Part shown: positions 56,736 to 64,000 of the stretch, piece after piece
Layout: each line of letters opens with the position of its first letter
Numbering within the stretch: the first letter of the stretch is position 1
Origin: Chloroflexota bacterium
GTDB lineage: Bacteria; Chloroflexota; UBA11872
DNA length: 64,000 bases
Direction of reading: 5' to 3'
NCBI GenBank assembly: GCA_022825895.1
Contig: JAJDVX010000042.1
Span: forward strand, 6,525 to 70,524
Position numbers and translations under genes: made by a program
Notes under the pieces: model-generated
Told to the model about the DNA's origin: nothing
The model's input: only the letters and a program-made list of their open reading frames with translations
Databases searched by the model: none

Positions 56736-58043
56736 GTGCGCAGACGTCAGTGGGCCACGCTTGCCGCCATCGCCGTCATCTTCGGCTTTGCCTTGTACGT
56801 ATCGCTGCCCGGCACGCCTGGCCTGCCTTTTGAAGTGGCGGGGCGCGATCTGTCGGACCTGCGCTTCCGACAGGGCCTGGACTTGCAGGGCGGCCTGCAC
56901 GTGCGCTTCCAGGCCAGTCCGCCGCCCGGCCAGCAGTTGCAGGACGGCGACATGGACGCCGTCAAGCGCATCATCGAAAACCGCGTCAACGCCCTCGGCG
57001 TGGCCGAGCCGCTCATCCAGATCGAAGGCGATAACCGTCTGATTGTCGAGCTCCCCGGCGTCGACGACCCCGAAGAAGCCATCCGCGTCTTCCGCCAGAC
57101 CGGCCAACTGCTCGTCATCAATACCGGCTTCGACTTCATCGACGAGGGAACCATCCTCCCCGCCGACCCATCCCAGACCGTGCTCCGCGGCCGCGACCTG
57201 CGCGACGCCCGCGTCGGCTTTGATTCCCTGGGCGCGCCCATGATCGAGTTCGACTTGCAGCCCGATGCCGCCAACCGCTTCCAGACCTACACCGCCAGCC
57301 ATCTCAACGAAGTTCTGACCATCACGGTTGACGACGTGGTCATCAGTTCAGCGCGCATCGAGGCGGCCATCCGCGAGAGCGGCGTCATCCGCGGCTCGTT
57401 TACGGCCGACGAGGCCCGCAACGTCGCCATCCAGCTTCGCTACGGCGCCCTGCCCGTCCCGTTGGAAGTGGTGGAGACGCTCAGTGTCCGCCCGACCCTG
57501 GGCCGGGAGTCCCTGGAGTTGAGCCTGCGAGCCGGCGTTGTCGGCGCGCTGCTTGTGCTGATCTTCATGGTCGCCTTTTACCGCGTGCCGGGCCTCGTGG
57601 CGGCCCTGGCGCTGGCGGTCTACGCCTCAGTCGTCTTCGCCGTCTTCAAGCTGATTCCCGTAACCCTCACACTGTCGGGCCTGGCCGGATTCATCCTGTC
57701 CGTCGGCGTGGCCGTCGACGCCAACATCCTTATTTTCGAACGCACTCGTGAGGAATTACGCTCCGGCCGAGCCATCCGCGGCGCCGTCGAGTCGGGCTTC
57801 AACCGCGCCTGGACGTCCATCCGCGATTCCAACATCTCCACCCTCATCATCTGCGCCGTGCTCTTCGGCTTTGGCAGCGGCGGCGTGCGCGGCTTTGCCG
57901 TCACCCTCGCCATCGGCGTCGCCGTCAGCATGTTCAGCGCCATCACCGTCAGCCGAAATCTGCTGCGCCTCGCCATCACCTGGCCGGCCCTCACCCGGCC
58001 GCGCCTCTTCGGCGCCGGCGCTCCCGCAGGTTCCGAAGCCTGA
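56736..58043 (+). CDS. secD: Protein translocase subunit SecD
   Basis: 435 aa. Periplasmic domain plus six C-terminal TM helices. GxxxD...AIFERTREEL motifs. Confidence 0.9.
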   Translation: MRRRQWATLAAIAVIFGFALYVSLPGTPGLPFEVAGRDLSDLRFRQGLDLQGGLHVRFQASPPPGQQLQDGDMDAVKRIIENRVNALGVAEPLIQIEGDNRLIVELPGVDDPEEAIRVFRQTGQLLVINTGFDFIDEGTILPADPSQTVLRGRDLRDARVGFDSLGAPMIEFDLQPDAANRFQTYTASHLNEVLTITVDDVVISSARIEAAIRESGVIRGSFTADEARNVAIQLRYGALPVPLEVVETLSVRPTLGRESLELSLRAGVVGALLVLIFMVAFYRVPGLVAALALAVYASVVFAVFKLIPVTLTLSGLAGFILSVGVAVDANILIFERTREELRSGRAIRGAVESGFNRAWTSIRDSNISTLIICAVLFGFGSGGVRGFAVTLAIGVAVSMFSAITVSRNLLRLAITWPALTRPRLFGAGAPAGSEA

Positions 58044-58981
58044 TGTTTGCCATCACCTCCCGTCGCGGCTGGTGGTATCTACTGTCGCTGGCGTTGCTCT
58101 TGCCAGGCGTCATCGCCTTGCTCACCGGTGGACTGAAACCGGGCATCGACTTCACCGGAGGCTCGCTGATTCAACTTCGATTCGACGAGACCGTGACCCA
58201 ACAGGCAGTCCAGGCAGCCGCGGTGGAGCGCGGCTATCCCGGTGCGACCGTCCAGCTAACTGAAGATCGCGGCGCCCTCGTGCGAACGCCACCCCTCGAA
58301 GTTGAAGCCAAGGACGCGTTGGTGTCCGCAATCTTCGATCACGTCGGTCCTGGCCAGGAACTCAGCTTCTCCACCATCGGTCCGGTGGTTGGCGCCGAAC
58401 TCACCCGCGCGGCGGCTATCGGCGTGGCCGTGGCCTCGGCTCTCATCCTGCTCTACGTCATGTGGGCCTTCCGCCGCATGGAACGGCCCGTCGTGCTCGG
58501 CCTCGCCGCCATCGGTGCGCTCCTGCACGACGCGCTGTTCCTGCTGGGCGTTTTTGCCCTGCTGGGGCACGTAATCGACGTTCAAGTGGACGCGCTTTTC
58601 GTTACCGCCATCCTCACGGTCATCGGCTTCTCGGTAAACGACACCATCGTCGTGTTCGACCGTATTCGCGAGAACCGGCAGCGCCATCTCCGGCTGCCCG
58701 ACGCCCAGCGCCCGGACTTCGAGCAGACGGTCAACTTCAGCGCCAACCAGAGCCTCTCCCGCTCCCTCAACACCTCGCTCACGGCGCTGCTGGTGTTGCT
58801 CGCTCTCATCGTGCTGGGCGGTCCCACCATCCGCCTCTTCGTCGTCGCCCTGGCTGCCGGCTTCATGATCGGAACCTATTCGTCGATCTTCGCCGCCTCG
58901 TCAGCCCTTGTTTCGTGGGATCGGCGCGATGTGCCGCGGGCCTGGGAGCGATTTCGAAGCCGGCTGACGTTGGTTCGCTAG
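58043..58981 (+). CDS. secF: Protein translocase subunit SecF
   Basis: 312 aa. GIDFTGG, SecF TM bundle, DTIVVFDRIREN. Confidence 0.9.
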   Translation: MFAITSRRGWWYLLSLALLLPGVIALLTGGLKPGIDFTGGSLIQLRFDETVTQQAVQAAAVERGYPGATVQLTEDRGALVRTPPLEVEAKDALVSAIFDHVGPGQELSFSTIGPVVGAELTRAAAIGVAVASALILLYVMWAFRRMERPVVLGLAAIGALLHDALFLLGVFALLGHVIDVQVDALFVTAILTVIGFSVNDTIVVFDRIRENRQRHLRLPDAQRPDFEQTVNFSANQSLSRSLNTSLTALLVLLALIVLGGPTIRLFVVALAAGFMIGTYSSIFAASSALVSWDRRDVPRAWERFRSRLTLVR

Positions 58982-59427
58982 CTCGCGTCGGCGCTCCGGC
59001 GCAACTCCGCCAGCAACTGTCCGTACTCCACGATCTCACCGTCGTGAACCAGCAATCGCTCGACAACGCCGTCCTCGGATGCGCTGACCTCGTGCGCCAC
59101 GCCCAACACGTCCACGTAGCCGATGATCTGGCCCTCAACCACCGCATCGCCAACCCGCACCAGCGGAGGCGCACCGGGCTCCGTCAGTGCCATGAACACG
59201 CCAACTTGCTCCGACCTAACGTCCACCAGTCCCTCGTCCGCTGATTCCGTGTCGTCAACGGCTGCAGTTTCAGCGGCCAGGACTCCCGAACCACTCGACC
59301 GCCGCACCCGAATCGTCCGCGCGGCGTCTCCAATCTCGATCTCCTCCGCGCCCGTCTCCCGCAGCAACCGGGCCAGACGCGGAACGTCCTCGTCGAGCGC
59401 TGCTTGCCAATCAGGGTCCGTGGTCAT
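58978..59427 (-). CDS. Biotin carboxyl carrier protein-like (biotinyl/lipoyl hybrid-barrel domain) lacking the biotinylation lysine
   Basis: 149 aa. C-terminal 75 aa follow the BCCP hybrid-barrel pattern (VGVFMALTEPGAPPLVRVGDAVVEGQIIGYVDVLGVAHEVSA...GEIVEYGQLLAEL), with EAMKM replaced by DVLGV. The whole protein contains no lysine. Confidence 0.6.
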   Translation of the reverse strand: MTTDPDWQAALDEDVPRLARLLRETGAEEIEIGDAARTIRVRRSSGSGVLAAETAAVDDTESADEGLVDVRSEQVGVFMALTEPGAPPLVRVGDAVVEGQIIGYVDVLGVAHEVSASEDGVVERLLVHDGEIVEYGQLLAELRRSADAS

Positions 59428-59444
59428 CGACGCCCACCTGACCG

Positions 59445-60002
59445 TCAGACGCGCGTCTGGTACTCGCCGCTACGCGAGTCGATGCGCAGCACGTCGCCCG
59501 TCTCAACAAACAGCGGCACCTGGACTTCCAGACCGGTCGCCACCCGCGCCATCTTGGTGGCGCCGGTCGCCGTATCGCCACGCACGCCCGGCTCGGTCTC
59601 GACAACCTCGATGTCCACGTTGATCGGCAGTTCCACGCCCAGCGGCACACCCTCGAAGGCCGTGATTTCCAAGTCCAGCCCGTCGGTGAGGTACTGGGCA
59701 GCCTCGCCGACCGCGTCCGCAGACAGCGTCATGTCTTCGTACGTCTCCATGTCCATGAAGTGATAGCCGGAAGCGTCCTGATAGAGGTACTGCACCTTGT
59801 GCGTATCCAGGATCACGCGCTCGAACCGCTTCGAGGCCTGGAACGAGCGGTCCGTCGTCGTCCCGCGACGCACGTCGCGCACCTTAATCCGCACGTTGGC
59901 CGATCCGCGGCCGATCTTCTGGTGCTGAAAGTCGATGATCTGGCAGAGATCGCCGTCCATCCGCAACACCCATCCACGTCTCAGTTCGCCCGCGTCAATC
60001 AC
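59445..60002 (-). CDS. efp: Elongation factor P
   Basis: 185 aa. Three OB/KOW-like domains, conserved ...HQKIGRGSANVRIKVRDV... loop region. Confidence 0.9.
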   Translation of the reverse strand: MIDAGELRRGWVLRMDGDLCQIIDFQHQKIGRGSANVRIKVRDVRRGTTTDRSFQASKRFERVILDTHKVQYLYQDASGYHFMDMETYEDMTLSADAVGEAAQYLTDGLDLEITAFEGVPLGVELPINVDIEVVETEPGVRGDTATGATKMARVATGLEVQVPLFVETGDVLRIDSRSGEYQTRV

Positions 60003-60058
60003 GCAGCGGCCTCCTTAGCCATGAGTTCTCAGATTGCGAGTCAGGTTTTCCGTTCCGG

Positions 60059-61096
60059 TCACTTTCGGGCCTGGGTCAATACGTCCACTCCCTCGAATCC
60101 AATCACTACCAGGTCCTCGATCCGCACACCGCCCCAGCCCGGCAGGTAAATGCCCGGCTCGACCGACACCACTGCTCCGGCGTCCAGCACATTAGTGCCT
60201 CGCGGAGAGAGCGTGGGCGCTTCATGAATCTCAAGTCCTACGCCGTGGCCGGTGCCGTGACCGAAATACCCTCCGTAGCCCGCGTCGGTGATCACCTGGC
60301 GAGCCAGCCCATCGGCTTCGCGCCCCGTCATCCCGGCGCATGTTCCGGCCTCCGTCGCGACCTGCGCCTCCAGCACGATCGCGTATATCTCATCGAAACG
60401 GCCGTCGGCTTCGCCCGCCGTAAACGTCCGCGTGATGTCCGAGCAGTAGCCATCCAGCCGCACGCCGAGGTCAACGATCACCGGCTCGCCAGAGCCAATC
60501 GGTCGTGCGCCGGGCGAATGATGCGCCATCGCCGCGTTCGGCCCGCCGGCCACGATTGTCGGAAACGAGGGCCCATCGCCGGCCTCGCGAATCAGTCGTT
60601 CCAGCTCCAGCGACAACTCCCGCTCGGTCACTCCGGGTGAGACGGTCTCGCCCGCGGCCGCCATCACGTCGTCGGCCAGCCGCACCGCCTCACGCAGAGT
60701 GGCGAGTTCTGCGTCGTCCTTCACGACGCGCTGATCCTCAACCACACCGTCGAGCGGAATGACTGGCAATTCGCGCCCTTCATCGGCCAGTCGATCCACC
60801 AACTCACGGTGCTGCTTCAGCGACGTGTGCTCGGACTCGACACCCAGGCGTGCGATCGCCCTTTCGCCAATCCAGGCCGCAACCACTCCCAGCGTGTCCA
60901 CGTTTTCGATCACGTCGAATCCGGGAGCCTGTCGCGTCGCCTGCTCCGTGTAGCGAGCGTCCGTCACCAGCCGCCTGTCGTCCGCCGAGATCAGCAGCGT
61001 GGCGGCCGTCCCCGTAAAGCCACTCAGGTAGCGCCGATTTGCCTCGCCTGTCACCAACAGGGCGTCCACGCCTGATTCGTCCAGACGCGACGCCAA
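60059..61096 (-). CDS. M24 family Xaa-Pro aminopeptidase (PepP-like)
   Basis: 345 aa. Creatinase-N-like domain plus pita-bread fold with metal ligands (HGTGHGVGLEIHE, VVSVEPGIYLPGWGGVRIED). Confidence 0.85.
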   Translation of the reverse strand: MASRLDESGVDALLVTGEANRRYLSGFTGTAATLLISADDRRLVTDARYTEQATRQAPGFDVIENVDTLGVVAAWIGERAIARLGVESEHTSLKQHRELVDRLADEGRELPVIPLDGVVEDQRVVKDDAELATLREAVRLADDVMAAAGETVSPGVTERELSLELERLIREAGDGPSFPTIVAGGPNAAMAHHSPGARPIGSGEPVIVDLGVRLDGYCSDITRTFTAGEADGRFDEIYAIVLEAQVATEAGTCAGMTGREADGLARQVITDAGYGGYFGHGTGHGVGLEIHEAPTLSPRGTNVLDAGAVVSVEPGIYLPGWGGVRIEDLVVIGFEGVDVLTQARK

Positions 61097-61116
61097 CCGC
61101 TCGGTCCGAGCGGCCG

Positions 61117-62169
61117 TTAGTTCAGATAACGCTCGATGTTGCGTGTGTGTTCCTCCAGCGTCTCGGAAAAGGCGTGCGAACCATCGCCGCGAGCGACAAA
61201 GAAAATGTACGGGGTGGATTCGGGTCTGGCGGCCGCGATGATCGAGGCCAGCCCGGGTGCGGCAATTGGCCCCGGAGGCAACCCGTTGACCACATACGTA
61301 TTGTACGGAGACTGCGTCCGCAGGTCGTCACCGTCAATGTCCGGCTTCCACCAGCGCCCGCCCGGACCCGTGCGCCCAATCGCGTATTGGGCGGTCGGAT
61401 CCGCCTGCAGCGGAATCCCGCGCGCGAGGCGGTTGTGGAACACGCCAGAGATCACGGGTCGCTCCTCATCCAATACGGCCTCCCGCTCAATAATTGACGC
61501 GAGGGTGAGCAGATCATGGACCGACAAGCCGTTTCCCGCCGCATCCGCCCGGATTTCGGGTGTCACAACCTCGTCGAAGCGCCGCAGCATGCGTCGGATC
61601 AGATTGCTCGCGTTTGACGATCCGTCAATCTGGTACGTGTCGGGAAACAGATAGCCCTCCAGCGACTGACCCGCCGGCAGGCTGGCCAGGAAGTCGAAGT
61701 CCGACGCGAAGGCCGGTGCGCCCTCGCGTGCCAGTCGCAGGAACTCCAGATCGTCAATCTCGGTCTGATCGGCCAATCGTTCGGCGATCTCTTCCAGCCT
61801 CCAGCCTTCGGGAAAGGTCACCGTCTGGTCCACCGCGGTTGCCGTGCTCAGCGCGCGCACAATCTCATCAAGAGTCATGTCCGACCGAAGGAGGAAGGTT
61901 CCCTGGCGAAACGCCCCCTCCAGTCCACGACGTTCCACCAGCACCTGGAACAGGAGATCGCTGCGTATCAAGCTCGCCTCGCGCAACCCCTGGGCAATGT
62001 CAGACGCTGTCGCCCCAATCGGGATCGTGAAGGGCACGGTGCGCGCCGCGACAGGGGACGGCGAGTCAGCAAACCGGGCCGCCGCCGAATAGCCCAATAG
62101 CAGTACGCCGGCCAGCGTCAACAGTCCGATGCCAAACGCCTGCGTGATCGCACTTACGCGGCTCAGCAT
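61117..62169 (-). CDS. mltG: Endolytic murein transglycosylase MltG (YceG family)
   Basis: Internal start MLSRVSAIT. Single N-terminal TM, YceG motifs (LTLASIIEREA, LQADPT.QYA). Confidence 0.85.
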   Translation of the reverse strand: MLSRVSAITQAFGIGLLTLAGVLLLGYSAAARFADSPSPVAARTVPFTIPIGATASDIAQGLREASLIRSDLLFQVLVERRGLEGAFRQGTFLLRSDMTLDEIVRALSTATAVDQTVTFPEGWRLEEIAERLADQTEIDDLEFLRLAREGAPAFASDFDFLASLPAGQSLEGYLFPDTYQIDGSSNASNLIRRMLRRFDEVVTPEIRADAAGNGLSVHDLLTLASIIEREAVLDEERPVISGVFHNRLARGIPLQADPTAQYAIGRTGPGGRWWKPDIDGDDLRTQSPYNTYVVNGLPPGPIAAPGLASIIAAARPESTPYIFFVARGDGSHAFSETLEEHTRNIERYLN

Positions 62170-62561
62170 GTGGTCTGGCTCCTGAGGTAATCGAGCAACA
62201 GAATCTCGGCGGCACGCGCATCCACATCCGCGTCTCCCGCGCCATCCCGCCGGGCGGCCTGCGTGGTCAGACTCTCGTCCCGCCAAACAACAGGCTCGCT
62301 GCGGCCTTCAAGCAGTTTGGTTGCCCAACGCCGATTACGTACGGCCTGCGGGCTTTCGGATCCGTCAGTATTCAACGGCACGCCAATCACTATTGTTGCG
62401 CCAGGGTATGCGTCCAGAACGGCCTTGAGGGCGGTTGCGTCACGTATTCCGCCACGGCGGGTCACGACCTGTCGCACCGCCACAAACGCGCCGCTCGCAT
62501 CGGTCATAGCCACGCCGATTCGGCGTTCCCCCAGATCCAGCGCGCCCACCCGGCGGCCCAT
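62163..62561 (-). CDS. ruvX: Putative pre-16S rRNA nuclease / Holliday-junction resolvase-like RuvX (YqgF)
   Basis: Internal start MGRRVGALDLGERRIGVAMTD. RNase-H-like YqgF pattern (DERLTT, D...AAEILLLDY). Overlaps the mltG start by 7 nt. Confidence 0.85.
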   Translation of the reverse strand: MGRRVGALDLGERRIGVAMTDASGAFVAVRQVVTRRGGIRDATALKAVLDAYPGATIVIGVPLNTDGSESPQAVRNRRWATKLLEGRSEPVVWRDESLTTQAARRDGAGDADVDARAAEILLLDYLRSQTTC

Positions 62562-62583
62562 TGCCGCGGGGGGCCGCTCCGGC

Positions 62584-63984
62584 TCATGGGGCCTCGATCG
62601 GACGCGGCGCCTCGACCTTGACATCAATACGAAAACCAATTCTTGGAAAGTTGGCTGTGTCGGGTGGATCGTGGGTCACAGTCACTTCGTCCACGCCCGG
62701 CAGCGCTCGGAGCGCCTGCAATCCCTCACCCAGCGACCGTCCGGTGGCCGCGCCGCGCACCGAGCTGTGGTCAATCGAATCCACGGCCTCCGCAATTGCC
62801 TGCACTCGCAAGTCCAGCACGCCTTGACGCTCACCGAGCACTTCAGTATCGAGTACGCGAACTTCGTCAATTTCAAACGCCTGGCCCTCCAGCGAGTCCC
62901 GCAGACGCTGCAGCAGCACAGCCTCCAGATCTTCCGTGGCGAAGGACGTTCCCAGAGCCCGGATCTCCATGGCCAGGGAGAGTTCGGAGGCATGTTCGTC
63001 GGGCCTGGCGCTGAACTCGCGCCGCAAAACCTGTGGATTGCCGCTTGCCGGCGACCACACGATCAGTGTCTGGTTTTCCGGACGGTCCCGGCGCAGGCGC
63101 TCAATGGCCGCGCTCTGCAACCGCTCGGTCAAGAGGGCATCCAGTTCGGTGAAGTCGCGCTGAGACACCAGGGCCACTTCGCGCTCCGAACCGCCCTGCA
63201 GCGGCTGCGGGTTGAAGGCCTCCAGCGCACCGCCAAACGGTCCAGCCACCGTCGTAATGGCAAGCGCCGGCGCGTTGCCCGAGAGACCCGGCACCTCGGC
63301 CGTCACCGCCGCGATGGCCTCCCCCGGCACATCGCGGCCGCCGACCTGCAGCGTTGGCGGCACCAGAAACTCTGCGTCGGTCAGGAATCCAGTCCCGTCG
63401 GCCGTCAATACTCGAGTCCCGGCCGGCAGTACCACGGCCTGGCGCGTGCGATTGCGAATCGTGACAAAGCCCCTGGCCACGCCCTGAGCCTCGCGCTGTC
63501 GTCCCGTCGTGGGCTTGGTTAGCGAGTCCTGGACCGTAGCGTCCATCACCGTCCCGGGCACGACGCCGCGCGCGACGTCGAGCGAGCCGGCGTCGGGATC
63601 GATTCGCACCGTCGCGTCAATTGGTAGCCGCTTAGCCTGAGGGATCACCGCGATCGTGCTCGTGGGAACCACGAAGTACTGAAAGGCGAACACGACAATC
63701 AACGCTGCCAAAAGCCCAATCACGATTGTCGCGACCGAGAGCCGGGACATTGGCTCCCGCCAGATCCGCGTCGGAACAACCGGCGAGCGTGGAAGGCGCC
63801 ACGATCCCGTTCGCGACTCGGTGTCGTTTGATGGAAGGCGCTCGAAGACGACGTTGCGACTTGCGCGGGCGGATCTTTCGAACGTCGGCCGCGGCGGGCT
63901 ATGAACACGTGGCCGGTTGATCCCAGCCTCCGGGATGTAGACCCGCCGCACCACGTCTGGTCTCCGCTCGCCAATGGCTCTCAC
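62584..63984 (-). CDS. Hypothetical membrane-anchored extracytoplasmic protein
   Basis: 466-aa ORF. The likely real start is the internal MSRLSVATIVIGLLAALIVVF (one TM), followed by a large soluble region with no recognised domain. Confidence 0.45.
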   Translation of the reverse strand: MRAIGERRPDVVRRVYIPEAGINRPRVHSPPRPTFERSARASRNVVFERLPSNDTESRTGSWRLPRSPVVPTRIWREPMSRLSVATIVIGLLAALIVVFAFQYFVVPTSTIAVIPQAKRLPIDATVRIDPDAGSLDVARGVVPGTVMDATVQDSLTKPTTGRQREAQGVARGFVTIRNRTRQAVVLPAGTRVLTADGTGFLTDAEFLVPPTLQVGGRDVPGEAIAAVTAEVPGLSGNAPALAITTVAGPFGGALEAFNPQPLQGGSEREVALVSQRDFTELDALLTERLQSAAIERLRRDRPENQTLIVWSPASGNPQVLRREFSARPDEHASELSLAMEIRALGTSFATEDLEAVLLQRLRDSLEGQAFEIDEVRVLDTEVLGERQGVLDLRVQAIAEAVDSIDHSSVRGAATGRSLGEGLQALRALPGVDEVTVTHDPPDTANFPRIGFRIDVKVEAPRPIEAP

Positions 63985-64000
63985 GGCGCGGCCACCGAGT

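Overview
This is high-GC (~70%) bacterial chromosomal DNA, densely coding on both strands, with many 4-nt ATGA/GTGA start-stop overlaps. Most of the window is housekeeping or envelope-biosynthesis genes. Identifiable genes include a partial rpiB and an FGGY sugar kinase, a carbohydrate block (Gfo/Idh/MocA oxidoreductase, xylose-isomerase-like TIM barrel, glpK), dcd, a NUDIX hydrolase, two orphan family-5 ABC substrate-binding proteins, a rhodanese, a TolB-like PD40 propeller protein, and a ROK kinase with two MFS transporters and a LarA-like protein. Further along are a metallophosphoesterase, two overlapping DUF2029/GT87-like polytopic membrane proteins followed by an ABC-2 exporter, and a Gfo/Idh/MocA oxidoreductase with a C-terminal NIL domain. 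A large cell-envelope glycan cluster follows: three GT4s, plsY, a flippase-like protein, an O-antigen-ligase-family protein, folK, folC, a DUF1992 protein, GT9 and GT26. After that come rbsK, a DUF2335 module, two SDRs, a BNR sialidase-like protein, a DUF899 protein, gatCAB, dprA, secDF, a lysine-free BCCP-like protein, efp, an M24 aminopeptidase, mltG and ruvX. The stretch that stands out is 46.6-54.7 kb. A MITE-like repeat family surrounds gatB, with one copy inserted in-frame inside gatB. Downstream is a small defence island of VapBC, an McrBC-like pair and a DUF433/DUF5615 pair. The McrB homologue carries a ~570-aa N-terminal region of conspicuously lower GC containing an Ig-like segment, which is the best candidate for something undescribed. 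Other points worth a look: a 21-bp tandem repeat array after dprA; a consensus promoter plus a 25-bp perfect hairpin in a ~440-nt secD leader; a GT4 gene with no canonical start that sits in frame with plsY; and a BCCP paralogue containing no lysine. No rRNA, tRNA or CRISPR array was recognised. All domain and family assignments are from reading the translations by eye and should be confirmed by profile searches.
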